Part shown: positions 63,304 to 64,000 of the stretch, piece by piece | How positions within the stretch are numbered: the stretch's first letter is position 1 | How the letters are laid out: the number at the start of each line of letters is the position of its first letter | The notes under the pieces: generated by a model | Seen by the model: the letters and a program-made list of their open reading frames with translations, nothing else | Told to the model about the DNA's origin: nothing | Database searches by the model: none | Translations under genes and position numbers: made by a program | NCBI GenBank assembly: GCA_000002445.1 | Contig: CP000066.1 | Coordinates: 640,001 to 704,000, forward strand | Length of the DNA stretch: 64,000 nt | Direction of reading: 5' to 3' | From: Trypanosoma brucei | Taxonomy: Eukaryota

Positions 63304-64000
63304 TCAACCGCGTTTTGTGTTTCGTTTGTTCGCCTTCCTACCGCGGCCCTTCACTTTTCGAGGCGCATGCCGCACGTATCCGGGAACCTTCGCTGACGGA
63401 TCGAGTGGCTTGTAATTTCGGTTGAAGCGCGACTTGTTGAATTCCTTCGCTGCGGCCTTCTTTCGTGCACGTGCGGAAAGCTCTTTGCCGGACCCTCCCT
63501 TGCTTCCACTTTTTGCTCCAGTGAGCAGCGCACGGTCCTTTGCTCTGCGACTCTTGTCAGGTTCTTCGTTGTCATCATCGTCATCATCACCGCTGTCATC
63601 CTTGAAGCGAATTGGCACCGAGTTACACGTTCCAGCTGTGCGTCTCGTCACGAGATCTCCAACTACGCGGAATGCCTCGGGATGCTGAATAAGGAAATCC
63701 ATCAGACTTACGCCGAGGACACCGTCGAAACGTGCGTTAAAGCGGAACCACCTGCCGACAAGATTTCCAACATCACCAATGTACATGGGCCGAGGCTTGC
63801 GTGGCATCGCCATCAGAATTTCTTCCACTGCCTGCTGCTGTAGCTGCTTCACCCTCAGTTCACGATTCATCACTATTGGGAGATCCACCCATGGCAATGA
63901 AACTGATTCTCTTACGACTGATCCAGTGCGTACCGGCAGCATGCGCCGTAGCTCTCGCAACTCGTCTGCGCTCGGGGTTGTCTTTCGAGCGGATAAGGTG
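63304..64000 (-). CDS. Partial (5'-truncated by the window edge) hypothetical protein. Conserved-looking N-region, Asp-rich patch, Lys/Arg-rich C-terminus
   Basis: Track start at 63960 is TTG. An in-frame ATG sits at 63942, but the frame stays open to position 64000, so the true start may lie outside the window. Confidence 0.35.
   Translation of the reverse strand, partial: TLSARKTTPSADELRELRRMLPVRTGSVVRESVSLPWVDLPIVMNRELRVKQLQQQAVEEILMAMPRKPRPMYIGDVGNLVGRWFRFNARFDGVLGVSLMDFLIQHPEAFRVVGDLVTRRTAGTCNSVPIRFKDDSGDDDDDDNEEPDKSRRAKDRALLTGAKSGSKGGSGKELSARARKKAAAKEFNKSRFNRNYKPLDPSAKVPGYVRHAPRKVKGRGRKANKRNTKRG

Noticed and set aside
1-64000. Prokaryotic features: CRISPR arrays, operons, defence islands, rho-independent terminators, sigma promoters
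   Set aside because: Gene structure, protein content and repeat types are eukaryotic (kinetoplastid). There are no direct-repeat/spacer arrays and no Shine-Dalgarno-coupled gene sets.

Overview
This window reads as nuclear DNA from a kinetoplastid (Trypanosoma-like) eukaryote, not a prokaryote. All 21 credible protein-coding genes lie on the minus strand. Several are very long intronless ORFs of 5.8-6.5 kb, separated by 0.2-1.5 kb spacers with sense-strand polypyrimidine tracts and (TA)n/(GT)n microsatellites. That layout fits a single RNA Pol II polycistronic transcription unit read from high to low coordinates. There are no CRISPR arrays, rRNA genes, convincing tRNA genes or prokaryotic-type operons. 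The supplied ORF track uses bacterial alternative starts (TTG/GTG/CTG are shown as 'M'), so I re-set each start to the first in-frame ATG after checking the codon in the sequence. The most notable locus is at the 3' end of the unit, low coordinates 250-6210. It is a head-to-tail tandem array with a 1514-bp period: three near-identical copies plus one mosaic, N-terminally divergent copy. Each encodes a small Cys-containing, N-glycosylation-rich, acidic/Ser-rich protein with a signal peptide and a hydrophobic C-terminal tail, the architecture of a GPI-anchored surface protein. A fifth, unrelated surface-like gene follows at 7032-7949, and then 4.5 kb with no ORF. Other genes I recognise are: a 2170-aa Ski2-like (DDX60-like) DExH helicase; a PGAP1-type GPI inositol deacylase; a 1949-aa protein with an N-terminal UBC-fold (E2/UEV-like) domain and parallel beta-helix (CASH/PbH1-like) repeats; a 73-aa COX17 copper chaperone hidden in the ORF track by a TTG start; a TatD-like hydrolase with degenerate metal ligands; a TBCE-like protein with leucine-rich repeats and a C-terminal ubiquitin-like domain; an AGC-type Ser/Thr kinase; and an ankyrin-repeat 6-phosphofructo-2-kinase whose fructose-2,6-bisphosphatase domain has lost its catalytic Arg/His residues. 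The remaining ORFs are hypothetical.
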